Below are positions 43,450 through 54,095 of a DNA stretch of 64,000 nt, in pieces; the stretch's first letter is position 1, and each line of letters opens with the position of its first letter. A program made the position numbers and the translations under genes. The DNA lies in assembly GCA_918797485.1 (NCBI GenBank), contig CAKKNE010000005.1, positions 434,001 to 498,000 on the forward strand. The letters run 5' to 3'. Below the pieces are notes generated by a model that did not search any database, was not told the origin of the DNA, and worked only from the letters and a program-made list of their open reading frames with translations. The stretch comes from Pelagomonas calceolata (lineage: Eukaryota).

Positions 43450-44418
43450 ATGGCTTCCCTCCGCTCCGCGCTGGTCATCCTCGCGACGGCACACGCCCAC
43501 TACGTCTGGCAGACCACCTCGGGCGCCGAGACCACCGTCGCCTTCTCCGAGGACGGCCTGCCCGGCAACAAGAACATCCTGAGCGCCATCGCCAACATAA
43601 CGACGGGCCGCGTTGCGCCCGTCGGCGGCGCGGCGTCATCACTTACTTTCACGCAGCGCGACGCCGTCCTCGCCGCGCCCCTGACGACAACGGGACCGGC
43701 GGCGGTCGAGGCGGCCGCGCCCTACGGCCTCCACACCATCGCCGGCGTTCCCGTGTACCTGCAGTACTACGCGTCCGCGTCGCGCGTCACGGACCCCCAG
43801 CAGTGGGGCTTGGTGCAGACGTCGCTACAGAACGACCTCTCCATCACCCTGCGCGACCCCTTTACGTTCGGCCCGCGGCAGTCGGTGGGAGCGGTGGAGA
43901 CGGACGCTGCGCCGGACGACCAGTGCCCGCGCGGCCTCGCCGCGATCGACGGCGACGTTTGCGTGCTGGCCGTCGTGCGCTGGAAGGGCCAGCAGGTCGA
44001 TTGGAACGTCAACGTCAGCACCTTCGCGAACGGCCGAGCTTTACGGACAGGCCGCGCGAAAAACGGCGCGCTCGTCGTCCGCGTGCCGCCGAACTCGGAC
44101 GTCTACGCCCTGGCGTCGCACCGCGTCGACGGGGACCCGCCGGTCGGCCACTACGCGACGGCGTCGACGCGCGTGCGGCGCGGCGCCGCGCCGACGAGCA
44201 CGGGCAAGACGGCCTTCTGCGAGGCCGTGGAACGGAACCACGGGTGCTGCCTGGCCTGCGGCTACTCGACGAGCGGGCCCGGCGAGTGCAAGGCGTCGGT
44301 CAAGTCCGAGGACGCCTACTGCAAGAGCCTCGAGGCGCCGTCCCAGCGGGGCTGCTGCGCCGTCTGCGGGCAGGCGTGGTCCGACGCCGAGCGGCGGTGC
44401 GTCCTCGTGTCGCGGTAG
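43450..44418 (+). CDS. Secreted protein, AHAH|YVW N-terminus (DUF4198-like) with Cys-rich tail
   Basis: Signal peptide followed by His; duplicated GCCxxCG module. Confidence 0.65.
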   Translation: MASLRSALVILATAHAHYVWQTTSGAETTVAFSEDGLPGNKNILSAIANITTGRVAPVGGAASSLTFTQRDAVLAAPLTTTGPAAVEAAAPYGLHTIAGVPVYLQYYASASRVTDPQQWGLVQTSLQNDLSITLRDPFTFGPRQSVGAVETDAAPDDQCPRGLAAIDGDVCVLAVVRWKGQQVDWNVNVSTFANGRALRTGRAKNGALVVRVPPNSDVYALASHRVDGDPPVGHYATASTRVRRGAAPTSTGKTAFCEAVERNHGCCLACGYSTSGPGECKASVKSEDAYCKSLEAPSQRGCCAVCGQAWSDAERRCVLVSR

Positions 44419-44647
44419 TAACGACTCTTGCCTTCCGGTCGTTTTCGCAATGTTTGAAGCGGGGATATCTCTAGCCCCTCTGACCACCCTTCAAAGCACG
44501 CCAGGGATCGCGCGCAGGAGATCTGGCCCGGCGGCGCTCCGTAAACCCGAAATTGTTTGCAAGGCTCTGGAGCCAGGCAGCCCGCTCTGGCGCCGGGGCA
44601 GCCTCCCTCCGCGAGAGTCATGCCGTACATAACATAAAAAACGACTC

Positions 44648-46024
44648 ATGCGGCCATTCCTCGCTCTGGCCATAGCGGCAGCCGCGGAGGAGCGCTGCCG
44701 CTTCACCATCCCTGTGGAAGTGGATAGCAACCGTACAGTGAAATACGTGCTGTACGAGGACGGCCAAGACGCCATGAATGTCGCCGTGGAGTTCTGCGCG
44801 TCGATAGGCGCAATAAATGAAGTCTGCCACGACGCCGTCGGGCGCGCCGTGATGCGACGGGCAATGTGGCAATGCGACGGGCGGACGCACCCCCACGCGC
44901 CGCGGTCGCTCGTCGACCACAGCACTCTCGGAGACGTGGACTACGCGCCGGTGGAACGCTTCACTGATATTCCAGAAGGTATTCGACATCTGCGCGACCA
45001 CGGCTACGCCGTCTTCGCGAAGGCGGCATCCGCGGCACAGTCCGAAGACATCCGGACAAGACTCTGGGACTTCTTCGAGGAACGATTTACACCTTTAAAC
45101 CGTTCAAAACCAGAGACCTGGGACCTGCTGCCCGTCAACGAATATGGTATTATGCTCCTCTACGGCGTCGGCCAGAGCGAGGCCATGTGGCGCGTGCGCG
45201 AGTTGCGAAGAGTCCGCGACGTCTTCGCGGCGGCCTGGGAGGATGAGGACCTGATCTGCGACTTCGGGGGTGTTGTCGCTTTTAGACCTCACAAATGTAC
45301 GGATCGATGGAGGACGCCGGAGCGGTGGTATCACGTCGACATGAATGTGGAAACGTATGATGGGTTCGAATCTTTACAGGGCTTCCTCGCGTTGACGGAC
45401 AACACGGAGGCGTCCGGTGGCTTAGTTGTCGTACCCGGGTCGCATCGCCACCACGCCGACGTGTCTCGAAGAGCGTCGACGTGGTGGGGGGTTGAAAATC
45501 CGGATCACCAGTTTTTGCTGCTGCAGCCGAACGACCCCGTACTATCCGGTGTGAGGCCGAAATTCATTAATTGTGAGGAAGGCGATCTTGTTTTGTGGGA
45601 TTCTAGGGTCGCGCACGCGAACACGAACTCGCGGGTTGTGGCGCCCTCGTCCGGTGACGCGCCGCCTCCCGATGTGAGTTGGTTCGGTGTTGAAGATGGC
45701 TCGGAGGCATCACCGTCAACACGGCGCGAAAGAGCGAAAAGACGGTTGTCGACGCTGGCGGGGCTGGGCCAGTTCTCCATTACTAAGGACTGCGTCCCTC
45801 AATTGCAACGCCTCGTCGCGCTCGTGGCCATGGCGCCGCGCGCGCGACTGTCGGACGCAGTGTTCGAACAGCGCAAGCGGGCCTTTGCGAACGACCAGAC
45901 TACCAGTCATTGGCCGATCCGCTTCGACGCCGACGCGCCGCGCGCGACGCCGATCCGCTCCGCCTCCGAGTTGTCTCCGATCCGAAGGTGGCTGGTCGGC
46001 TACCGGAACGAGGACGAATTGTGA
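44648..46024 (+). CDS. Phytanoyl-CoA dioxygenase-family 2OG-Fe(II) oxygenase, signal peptide and EDEL tail
   Basis: WYHVD, GGLVVVPGSH, GDLVLWDSRVAHAN. Confidence 0.85.
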   Translation: MRPFLALAIAAAAEERCRFTIPVEVDSNRTVKYVLYEDGQDAMNVAVEFCASIGAINEVCHDAVGRAVMRRAMWQCDGRTHPHAPRSLVDHSTLGDVDYAPVERFTDIPEGIRHLRDHGYAVFAKAASAAQSEDIRTRLWDFFEERFTPLNRSKPETWDLLPVNEYGIMLLYGVGQSEAMWRVRELRRVRDVFAAAWEDEDLICDFGGVVAFRPHKCTDRWRTPERWYHVDMNVETYDGFESLQGFLALTDNTEASGGLVVVPGSHRHHADVSRRASTWWGVENPDHQFLLLQPNDPVLSGVRPKFINCEEGDLVLWDSRVAHANTNSRVVAPSSGDAPPPDVSWFGVEDGSEASPSTRRERAKRRLSTLAGLGQFSITKDCVPQLQRLVALVAMAPRARLSDAVFEQRKRAFANDQTTSHWPIRFDADAPRATPIRSASELSPIRRWLVGYRNEDEL

Positions 46025-46027
46025 TGT

Positions 46028-46675
46028 TTAAGTTTTACCCTGTAGCATGAGAGCTCGTCGGATGGGCCCGGGCAGCGACGCCGGGTCGCAGACCATGTCG
46101 ACGAGGTAGTGCTCCTCGGCGTCCGGATTCGGGAGGGACGCGCCCGTCTCCGTCATGTACGTCGGTTCCTCGACCGGCTCCTCGTCGGGAACGTAGGGCG
46201 TCGCCACGGCCCGTTCCATACCCTCAATATACCCGTAGACATGATGCAAATCCGGCGCGTCGTCCGTCGACAGCTGCGACCGAACCATGTCTACGACGTC
46301 GTCGGCCGTCACGTCGACCACAGCCTTCAGGATCTTGGCGTAGCGCTTCGCACAGCCCGCTCTACAGACAGTAAACACGGTCTCGAAGGGCACGCCCCTT
46401 GCAATTTTGCAGGGCTCCTCGGCGACACTCACCGTGAGGCCGTTTAGAGGGTCGTCGTAGCTAGGTGGTAAGTTCCGGACCCACGCTTCATCTCTCAAAA
46501 CGGACTCCGCTAAAGCACACACTCTTCTAATTTCTAGCGCGTGCAATGCTTTCGCTTGACCCTCCATGGTTGGATCTCGGAAGTCGAGGATCGCGGGCCG
46601 CTTTAACGATTGGGGCAGGACGTAGTTCGGGGTTTCTTCTGTTGTTGGTGCTGACTGGCCCCAGTCGTCGGCCAT
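46028..46675 (-). CDS. Hypothetical protein (215 aa)
   Basis: Coding-like ORF between two recognised genes. Confidence 0.65.
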   Translation of the reverse strand: MADDWGQSAPTTEETPNYVLPQSLKRPAILDFRDPTMEGQAKALHALEIRRVCALAESVLRDEAWVRNLPPSYDDPLNGLTVSVAEEPCKIARGVPFETVFTVCRAGCAKRYAKILKAVVDVTADDVVDMVRSQLSTDDAPDLHHVYGYIEGMERAVATPYVPDEEPVEEPTYMTETGASLPNPDAEEHYLVDMVCDPASLPGPIRRALMLQGKT

Positions 46676-46873
46676 CGTGTCGTGTATTTATTCGCTGCAA
46701 CGCGCACGCTGGGGTGCGCGGCTGCCACTTGTGGGGCTGTCTCAAGTGCGGCCGCTCGTGGCTGCCTGGGATTGCGCCGACGCCTCCGGCGGGACGCGCA
46801 GGGATCCTTTCGTGAGGGCTGGGCAGCCTTTCGCTGTGTTAAGAGTCAAAAAACAGCGCCGGTGGCTGGAAAT

Positions 46874-46895
46874 GCTAGTACCTCTGTTCGCTAGC
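46874..46895. promoter_or_regulatory. Paired-CTAG motif variant GCTAGTACCTCTGTTCGCTAGC
   Basis: Divergent intergenic region. Confidence 0.45.
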
Positions 46896-47027
46896 TGCCT
46901 GCGAGAGCAACAACAAAACCACCGGCGCACGAACACTGTTCACGTCAGCAGCATATTTGTTGATGATAAATTGAAGCATTTGTGCCCTCAGATTCAACCG
47001 TTTGAGTTACGAGCGGCCAACTGGACC

Positions 47028-48050
47028 ATGCATTGCCTGCGAGCCCTCTTGGTCTGCACCGCAGCAGCAGCAGTGGCACCGGTCTCGCGCCGCAGCCTCC
47101 TGAAAACCACAGGCGCCGCCGCCGTGGCGACGCCTCTGGCCGCGAACGCCGCCGACAAACAACCGCTCCTCGCGGCCGGTACCATCGCCGTGCCGCGCGT
47201 CGGCTTTGGCCTCTACAAAACCGCACCGGAAGAAACCAAGGCGGCCGTCGCGCTGGCGCTTGAGGCCGGCGTCCGGCATTTCGACACCGCGGCCGCATAT
47301 AACAACGAGGCCGAGCTTGGCGCCGCGTTACGAGAGGGCGACACGGGCGAGAACGTCTTCATCACGACAAAGGTGGCCGCGACCGCCGGCGCGTCCGCAC
47401 GGGACGCCGTCGCGGCCGCGGCGGACCGCCTCAAGCGGGCCCCGGACTGCGTCTACATCCACTCGCCGCTGGCGCCGAGGGAGAAGCGCCTGGAAACGTG
47501 GGCGGCACTTAATGAAGCGAGGAGGGAGGGCCTCTGCCGCACACTAGGCGCCGCGAACTGCGGCCTCAGGCACCTCAAGGAGTTTGAGATCGCGGGCCCG
47601 GCGCCGGCGCTTGTGCAGCTCGAATTGTCCCCGTATAATCAACGACCTGCCGAAGTCGCCTGGGCCCGGGGCAACCGCGCCGTCGTGACCTGCGCGGCCT
47701 GGTCGAAGCTCTCGGGCGCCTACAATTGGGGGAGCGACGCGGCTTATAAAACGCTCAATGCTGCTTGCAAGGCCCACGGCGCGACGAAGGCCCAGATTTT
47801 GGTGCGGTGGGCGCTCCAGCGGGGCTTCGTGCCCCTGCCCCGGTCCGGCGTTTCGGACTCGGTGCAACGCCTCGCCATCGCCCAAAACTCGTTGGCGGGC
47901 GTCGAGGGCTGGCAGCTCTCCGCGCAGGAGATGCGGTCCCTAAACCAGCTCGAGGACCGCCTCGCATCGGGAAGACTAGGACGGGCGGACGGCTGGACCG
48001 CGGATCAAGTGGAGGGGCCGGACTGGGACCCGACGACCTACGTCGACTAA
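47028..48050 (+). CDS. Aldo-keto reductase with plastid presequence containing a twin-Arg motif
   Basis: GFGLY, DTAAAYNNE, FITTK, YIHSP (catalytic tetrad intact); SRRSLL...ANA presequence. Confidence 0.88.
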   Translation: MHCLRALLVCTAAAAVAPVSRRSLLKTTGAAAVATPLAANAADKQPLLAAGTIAVPRVGFGLYKTAPEETKAAVALALEAGVRHFDTAAAYNNEAELGAALREGDTGENVFITTKVAATAGASARDAVAAAADRLKRAPDCVYIHSPLAPREKRLETWAALNEARREGLCRTLGAANCGLRHLKEFEIAGPAPALVQLELSPYNQRPAEVAWARGNRAVVTCAAWSKLSGAYNWGSDAAYKTLNAACKAHGATKAQILVRWALQRGFVPLPRSGVSDSVQRLAIAQNSLAGVEGWQLSAQEMRSLNQLEDRLASGRLGRADGWTADQVEGPDWDPTTYVD

Positions 48051-48071
48051 GGGCTGTTATGTGTACACTAG

Positions 48072-48461
48072 TCACTGCCCGATTTCCTCGCCCGTCGTGG
48101 GGTTCTGCTCGTAGTACTCCTTGATGTTGTTGCTCTGAACTTTGGCGTGCATCTGGTACCAGCCGAAGTAGGCGACCTGTGCGCACGACGCCGTCGAGCA
48201 GAAGCGCGTCGATGGCGTCATGGAAATAACACTGCTCGCGACGACGACTCCCAGCGACGTCGCGATGCCTGCTTCTTTAATCAGCGATCTGCGTGGCAGG
48301 GGATCTCGAGTTGGCGACGGCGCGAGCCGCGCGACGCGCGTCTCGCGGGGTCAAACTCTAACTGAAAGAGCTCCGAATTTCGGTCACTTATAATGAATGC
48401 GTAGCGCGTAATGGGTCGATACACTGTGAGTTCACCTCAACACCCAGGCTCCACCAGCCAT
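48072..48461 (-). CDS. Small 3-exon COX5C/COX6C/COX9-like cytochrome c oxidase subunit (58 aa); exons 48461-48436, 48288-48243, 48176-48072
   Basis: Spliced MAGGAWVLRSLIKEAGIATSLGVVVAYFGWYQMHAKVQSNNIKEYYEQ...; single TM; resembles plant COX5C pattern. Confidence 0.65.
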
Positions 48462-48748
48462 GCTTTGTGTGACAATGTGTGTGGCTGAGAGATGTGACTG
48501 TATTGAAGGTTCTTCAAGCCCCGGAATGTCGCTCGGGGTCCCCAAGGACGCGATTAGGTCGCCGGTGGTCCTGAACCACGCGCGCGCGGTCCACGTGTGC
48601 CGCTAACAACGAATGGCTAATCGATCATCCGAAGTGCAAAACCCGTGCGGAGACACGTGTGTGAGAAGGGGTTGCCGTGCAGCAAGATCCGTGTGAGCCG
48701 CACGCCGTCGCCGCGACAAGAAGACAACTAGGGAAAGGACTCTTTACT

Positions 48749-51700
48749 TCAGGAGGAGAAGACGAGCTCCCGCAGCGCCTCGGCCTTCGCCTCGATCTCC
48801 GGCCCCTTCGAGTCGCAGTACGCGGCGTACATGTCCACGAGGTCCTGCTTCTTGTTGCCGAATGCTTTTTCCAACTTGCCCTCTTCTAAGTCGGTGAAGT
48901 CGATGTACAGTAATAATCGGTCCATGTCCTCGCACGCTCGCACCGGCTTCTTCATGATCGCGGAAGCCTTGGCGTTCTCCACACAATCTAGTACTACGCT
49001 TTCAGCGAGGTCAGCCAACGCCTTCGAGGCGTCCTCGCCAGACAACCCGTAGCCGTCCGCGACGTCTCCAACAGAGTCGGCGTCGCCCTCGTCGATGGCC
49101 TTCGTGGCCTCGGCCGCAAAGAGTGCCTTCACCGTTTTATCAGGCAGTCCGAGATCCGCAGCTAGGTCGATGCCCATCGCCACCGCCGCGTCGCGCGTCG
49201 ACGCGGCTCGTTCGGCCCCTTCCGGGCCATCGTAAGGTGGCAAACCTAGTCGAGCCAGCAATGCTTTCTTTTTGGCACCGAAAGACACATCCCCTAGGTC
49301 CGTACCCAATCGTTCCCCGAGATCGGCGACGAAGGCCTGGTCCTGCGCGTCGAGCGTCAGCTTTTGTTGCAAAGCGGCCGCGCAGTACTTCGTAGCAATC
49401 GCCTTGCCCACTTCTGCCCGCGCGGACGCGACGTCCTTGTCCTCCAGCGCCAGGACCTCCGGTAGTCTTGCCATCGTCGCCTCGTACCTCTCTTTTTTAG
49501 CGTCGGTCACACCAGCATCAGTCAGCTGTAGATCGGCCAAAACACACTGCTTGAAGATGTCCTTCTTGAGATTCCCGGGCACCAGGTCGCCGGCGTTGAT
49601 GTCCACGGCGTTGCCGTCGATGAAATCTAGAACCCCGGCGAAGTTGGACAGGACCGCTTCAGGGGACCCGCCGGGACCGGCCGCGGCGCCCTCGGCCGCG
49701 ATGCCGAAGGTGCCGCCGCCACTCGCATCTCGGTTGAGGTCCTCGCCCTGATCTGAGGACGTCGATTCGCCGCGCTTCTTCGCTAACTCAGCAGGCGTCA
49801 TCGTCGCCTCCTCGAAGGCAGAGATCGTGTCGTCCACGAGCGGCTTCAGGCGCTGCTTGGCGGCCTCCGTGAAGGCTCTCGTACAATCGTCGTCTTTCAG
49901 GTTCAACCTAGACTGCAACTTCGCCAGACCCTCCTTGTACTCCTCATTAACGATGCCGCCGCCACTGGCGCCCATCGCCTCCAGGGCGCTTTTCCTGTAG
50001 AGCGGGAGGTACTGGTCGAGTTGGGCAGGATAGACGTCGTCATCTGTTAATTCGAGCGATGCTTGTAAGCGAGCGAGCTCCTCCGTCCGCTCGGGCGAGG
50101 GGATCGCTTCGCTCATTCGTAACTTATCAGTGTAGGCTCTCACATACTTGTCCTTCACTAAATTCTCGGGGCAGTCCACGGAAGAGATCCAGTCCTTCAG
50201 ATCCGACAGGTCGTTGCTTCTGAGCGCTTCGGCGAGCTTCAGGTCGAGTTTCGGTGCCAACACGCCTTCGCGCACCATCTTCGTGTCGGCGTCCGTCAAC
50301 GAGAGAGTGGCAGCTAAGTTGGATAATTCCTCTTGGGCATCACTATCCTCGCACTTCTCCACGTACACAAGCTTGTAGAGCGACAGCGGTAGGGACTTGC
50401 CGCCACCGGCCAGAGTTTCGGCGAAGGCCTCGGCGCCTCCTGACGATTCGAGGAACTTGGCGTTCGCTACTACTATATCCACACCTCGTCGCACGTCCAT
50501 CAATCTTTCGAGAGAAGCCAACGCACCAGGAGTGTTCTGGAGCTTGAGCGCGGACGACGCCGCGGTGTAAGGAGCTTGTAAAACGCCCTTGACGGCGTCC
50601 TTGAAGACGCCTTCCGCGGTGGCGTCCTCCAATCGTAACTTCTTCCTCAATGTCTCCAATTCATCGCCTGTGTGGCACGGACGCCGTCACGAGACCCGTA
50701 GACTCTCGTGTGCTCATGAAGACGCCATCGACGCGACGCGCTATCGCGAGGACGCCATCGCCGCGACCGCGTCACGTTGAAGTTCCAGTGAAGACGCCGC
50801 GTCGGCACCGAGCGCCTTTTGCGCAGCTTCGTCAGCAGCAATGGCGTTGTCGACCGCCTTGCGCGTCGCGTCCACGTAGATGGGCACGGTCTTCGCCGCG
50901 ATGGCTTGCGACGCGTCCTCGTTGGAGATGCCCAGGACCGATGCTAGCTGATCGAGCCGCTCGGCATCGGAATCAGTCAATTCGCCATCCTTCAACAGCA
51001 AGTCGATCTCCTCGTTCAAACACTGGGAGTGCATCTTCGCCGCGTCCTCGTCGTCGACGCCTAGTTTGGAGCGGGCTCTTTCGAGCATGGCCGCATCTAC
51101 AGACCCGAGCTTCTCGAGGGTGCCAGCTAACGCTCTCTCATAAAAAGGAGCGGCCACCGACGAACATCTAGAGTCTAGCGTCGATCTTTTGAGGTCGAAG
51201 ACGGCTCTGACCCTTCCAACTTCATACCCGTACTCCTCGCTGTCCTTGCCGTCGGACGTCGCGAACGCGCGATCAGATAAAAACAATAACTTGGAGATGG
51301 TCCTATATTCTGCCGAGGACTCGTCGGCTAACACCTCGTCAGAGGTCCACTGCAATTCTCTGTAGACCTCGACGGCCACGTCGTAGTGGGCATTGCCCAC
51401 CGACTCTGCCGAGAGATTAAGAATGTTCCTGAGAGACGTCAGGTCGTTCATCTCCGCCGTCTTGACGTCGGGCATGCGCATGACTTCCACCAGGTACTTG
51501 GCGTAGATCTGCTGGAGTAGCGCGGTCGCGTACTGCTCCGGGAGAGAAAATTCTTCAACAATAGATTGGACCTGGCCCGAGGACACGGTCGTCCAGTCGC
51601 CCTTCTGCGCCGCATCCCTCAGTAACGACGCGACGCGCGCCTGCATGGCCTTGTAGCGGCCCTCGACCAAGGCCGGGGCTATGCCGACGCGCGTGAGGCC

Positions 51701-52006
51701 GCCACCCAATAAAGCCGCGGCGCCGCCGACGACGACGCCGCCCGGCGCTAAAGCACCGGCTAATAACGCGGCACCAGCAACAGCGGTCTTCGACGTGAGC
51801 TCGCCCACTTTGGGGCCGCTGTTTGCGAAAAACGAGGCGGCGGCGCCGGCGTCGCTGGCGACCTTCGCGAAGGCGTCGCTCGGCGCCGGCGCTCCCACCA
51901 ACATGGTTGTAGAAGCGCGGGCGGCGCTCCGTCGTCGCAGCGGCGCCGCGCGCGGCACGAGCGACCCGGCGAGAGGCAGCGCCAGCACGGCGGCCAGCGT
52001 CCTCAT
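48749..52006 (-). CDS. TIC110: Plastid inner-envelope translocon Tic110; intron 50668-50808
   Basis: Bipartite presequence, N-terminal hydrophobic helices, YAKYL..LNL..VGNAH..KLLFLSDRAF; splice joins two long ORFs. Confidence 0.8.
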
Positions 52007-52389
52007 GGTTGCCTTACTGCTTACGGCGTCGTTGCGATGGCTTCAAACGTGCGGTAGCAAGCGTGCCAGCGGCTGGCACGCACGCCTGCGGTCCCAGTAT
52101 CGCCGCGTAAGCACTGCTACCTGGGCCGTCTGCCTGCAAGGCTGCGATATACTAGCCTTCGCCGACGATCAGCACCTGTCGATAGGCGTCTCCTTGGAGG
52201 TCTCGAGGCGTAGCTGGGTGCGCTGGAGTGTGAAGTGGGCCCGCTCTGCCAAGTTGCCATCCGCGCGGGTGCCTCCCCCAGCATCTTCCCCCAGCCCTGC
52301 CGAGGGCTGGGGGCAGGGGCTCCGCCCACGAGTCCCAGCACCGCAACACGCCATCGCCACAAGACTACGAGAAGAATACCTTATGCAAA

Positions 52390-53331
52390 TCAGCAGTACT
52401 CCGGGTACACGCCCGTCACGACCCCCCGACAATGATCGATCTTCAGCTCCGCCGCGAGCGCGTCCGCCTGCGCCTTGTCCTCCTTCATGCACTGGATGAA
52501 CTCCGGCGTGATCTCGCCGTTGCGCATACTGCGCATCATGTCCGTCTCGTACACCACTTTATCTTCTCCCAGTGAATAGTGTACTTTTCTGAGATCATCC
52601 ATCACTTCTTTGGATAGAATCCTCTGAGCCGCAGCGACGTTGAGAGGGGGATGCCCCTCGTGCATCGCACTGACGTACGTCGGCTCGTCGTAGCCGATCT
52701 GGAAGCTTGATACTTGGAGTTTCGACTTGAGCAACTTTGCGTGCGCGCGCGCGTCGCCCTGACCCAGACCCTTAGCCGTGTCCATCCCAACGACGCTCAT
52801 GCAGTCCTGCATCGTCGTGTGGTAGTCCGGCTCGTGCGACCCGAAATATACTGAAGACGCTTTCGAGGCCGTTCTCCCTCCAATTTTCGACGTGTACTTG
52901 TGCATCTCGCCGGTCGGGTCCGCCATCGTACTCGTCTGCGTGAAGTTCGTCGTGGGCTCGACGCCCGTGACCACGCCGATGCAGTGGTCGATCTTCAGTT
53001 CCGCCGCCAACGAGTCGGCCTGCGCTTTGTCCTCGATCATGCACTGGATGAACTCCGGCGTGATCTCGCCATTCGACATGCTCCGCATCATGTCCGTCTC
53101 CCACAGGGGTTCGTCCGTACCCAATACGACGCTTGCTTTCGTGTTGGCTATTTTGCGCTCCTTGAGCTTCGCGGCCATGGTCGCTCTATCTTCCACATTG
53201 CCGGCGTAGATTTGGTCCGTGCAGCGTTTGAGTTCCGTCGCGATGGCCGTCTCAAATCTAATATGGCAGCCGGGCTGGCCGGGCATGGTCTCTCGTCGCC
53301 TTCTCCGGTTGCCGATGTAGTCGTCGGCCAT
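52390..53331 (-). CDS. Repeat protein with Sx[F/Y]xLG-type motifs, possibly a ciliary microtubule-inner protein
   Basis: SVVLG, SVYFG, SSFQIG, HYSLG repeats each followed by an aromatic-x-T/S motif; internal 47-aa duplicate. Confidence 0.55.
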   Translation of the reverse strand: MADDYIGNRRRRRETMPGQPGCHIRFETAIATELKRCTDQIYAGNVEDRATMAAKLKERKIANTKASVVLGTDEPLWETDMMRSMSNGEITPEFIQCMIEDKAQADSLAAELKIDHCIGVVTGVEPTTNFTQTSTMADPTGEMHKYTSKIGGRTASKASSVYFGSHEPDYHTTMQDCMSVVGMDTAKGLGQGDARAHAKLLKSKLQVSSFQIGYDEPTYVSAMHEGHPPLNVAAAQRILSKEVMDDLRKVHYSLGEDKVVYETDMMRSMRNGEITPEFIQCMKEDKAQADALAAELKIDHCRGVVTGVYPEYC

Positions 53332-53688
53332 GGTTGTTGTGATGCGGCGGCGGCGTCGGCGGGCGTCGGGGGGGGGAGAGGCTTGGCGCTGTCAAGGGGC
53401 TGCCCGGCGGAGCCAAAAAACGGCGTTGGGCAGCTGCTGCTTGGGGCGGCTAGGCTCTCGACGTCGTCTGTTTGCGTCCAGGGCAGTTCCCTGCGTATTG
53501 GCGGGGTCTTTTGCGCCTCTCCTCTCAATCAGCGCTAGGTCGAGGCGGGAGCGAGCCACTAGGACGAGGGACCGCTCCCGCCCTACGACGGCATCTCTCC
53601 CGACGCCTCCGGTACGGGTGGGACGGCGTGGGGGACGTCGGCCTAGCGGACCTGGGCAGCCCTTGCTCAGTCTGTCGATGGGCAGAGC

Positions 53689-54072
53689 ATGGTAGACCGT
53701 CGCGGAGTGGAACGCTTTTTCGCGCGAGTTTGGAGTGACGTAAAAAGGGATTTTGGCTTCGCGCAACGGCAGCCCGATTTCTTGGATGCGCTGGACGCGC
53801 GGCTGCGGTTGCAAGGTTACCACCCTGGCATCAGATGCGTCGTGGTAGGGCTGGGCTTCGCTGCGTCATACGCCATCTTCTGCATTTTCTTTTGCACAAG
53901 AGAGATCCAGAATTTGGTTTACTTATTGTGGCTTGGAGGGCTGCTACACCAAGTCGTGAACCGCCCGCGAGGCGTCCCTGTGCAGTGGACCAGACTCCTC
54001 GTCGCCGCCGCGATTCCCGCCATTAATCTTTTTGGACAGTGGCACGAGCGGATACGAAATGGAGGCGGTTGA
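53689..54072 (+). CDS. Small hypothetical membrane protein
   Basis: 127-aa ORF with hydrophobic segments. Confidence 0.4.
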   Translation: MVDRRGVERFFARVWSDVKRDFGFAQRQPDFLDALDARLRLQGYHPGIRCVVVGLGFAASYAIFCIFFCTREIQNLVYLLWLGGLLHQVVNRPRGVPVQWTRLLVAAAIPAINLFGQWHERIRNGGG

Positions 54073-54095
54073 ACCTGCCACCTGATTTCAACGCA

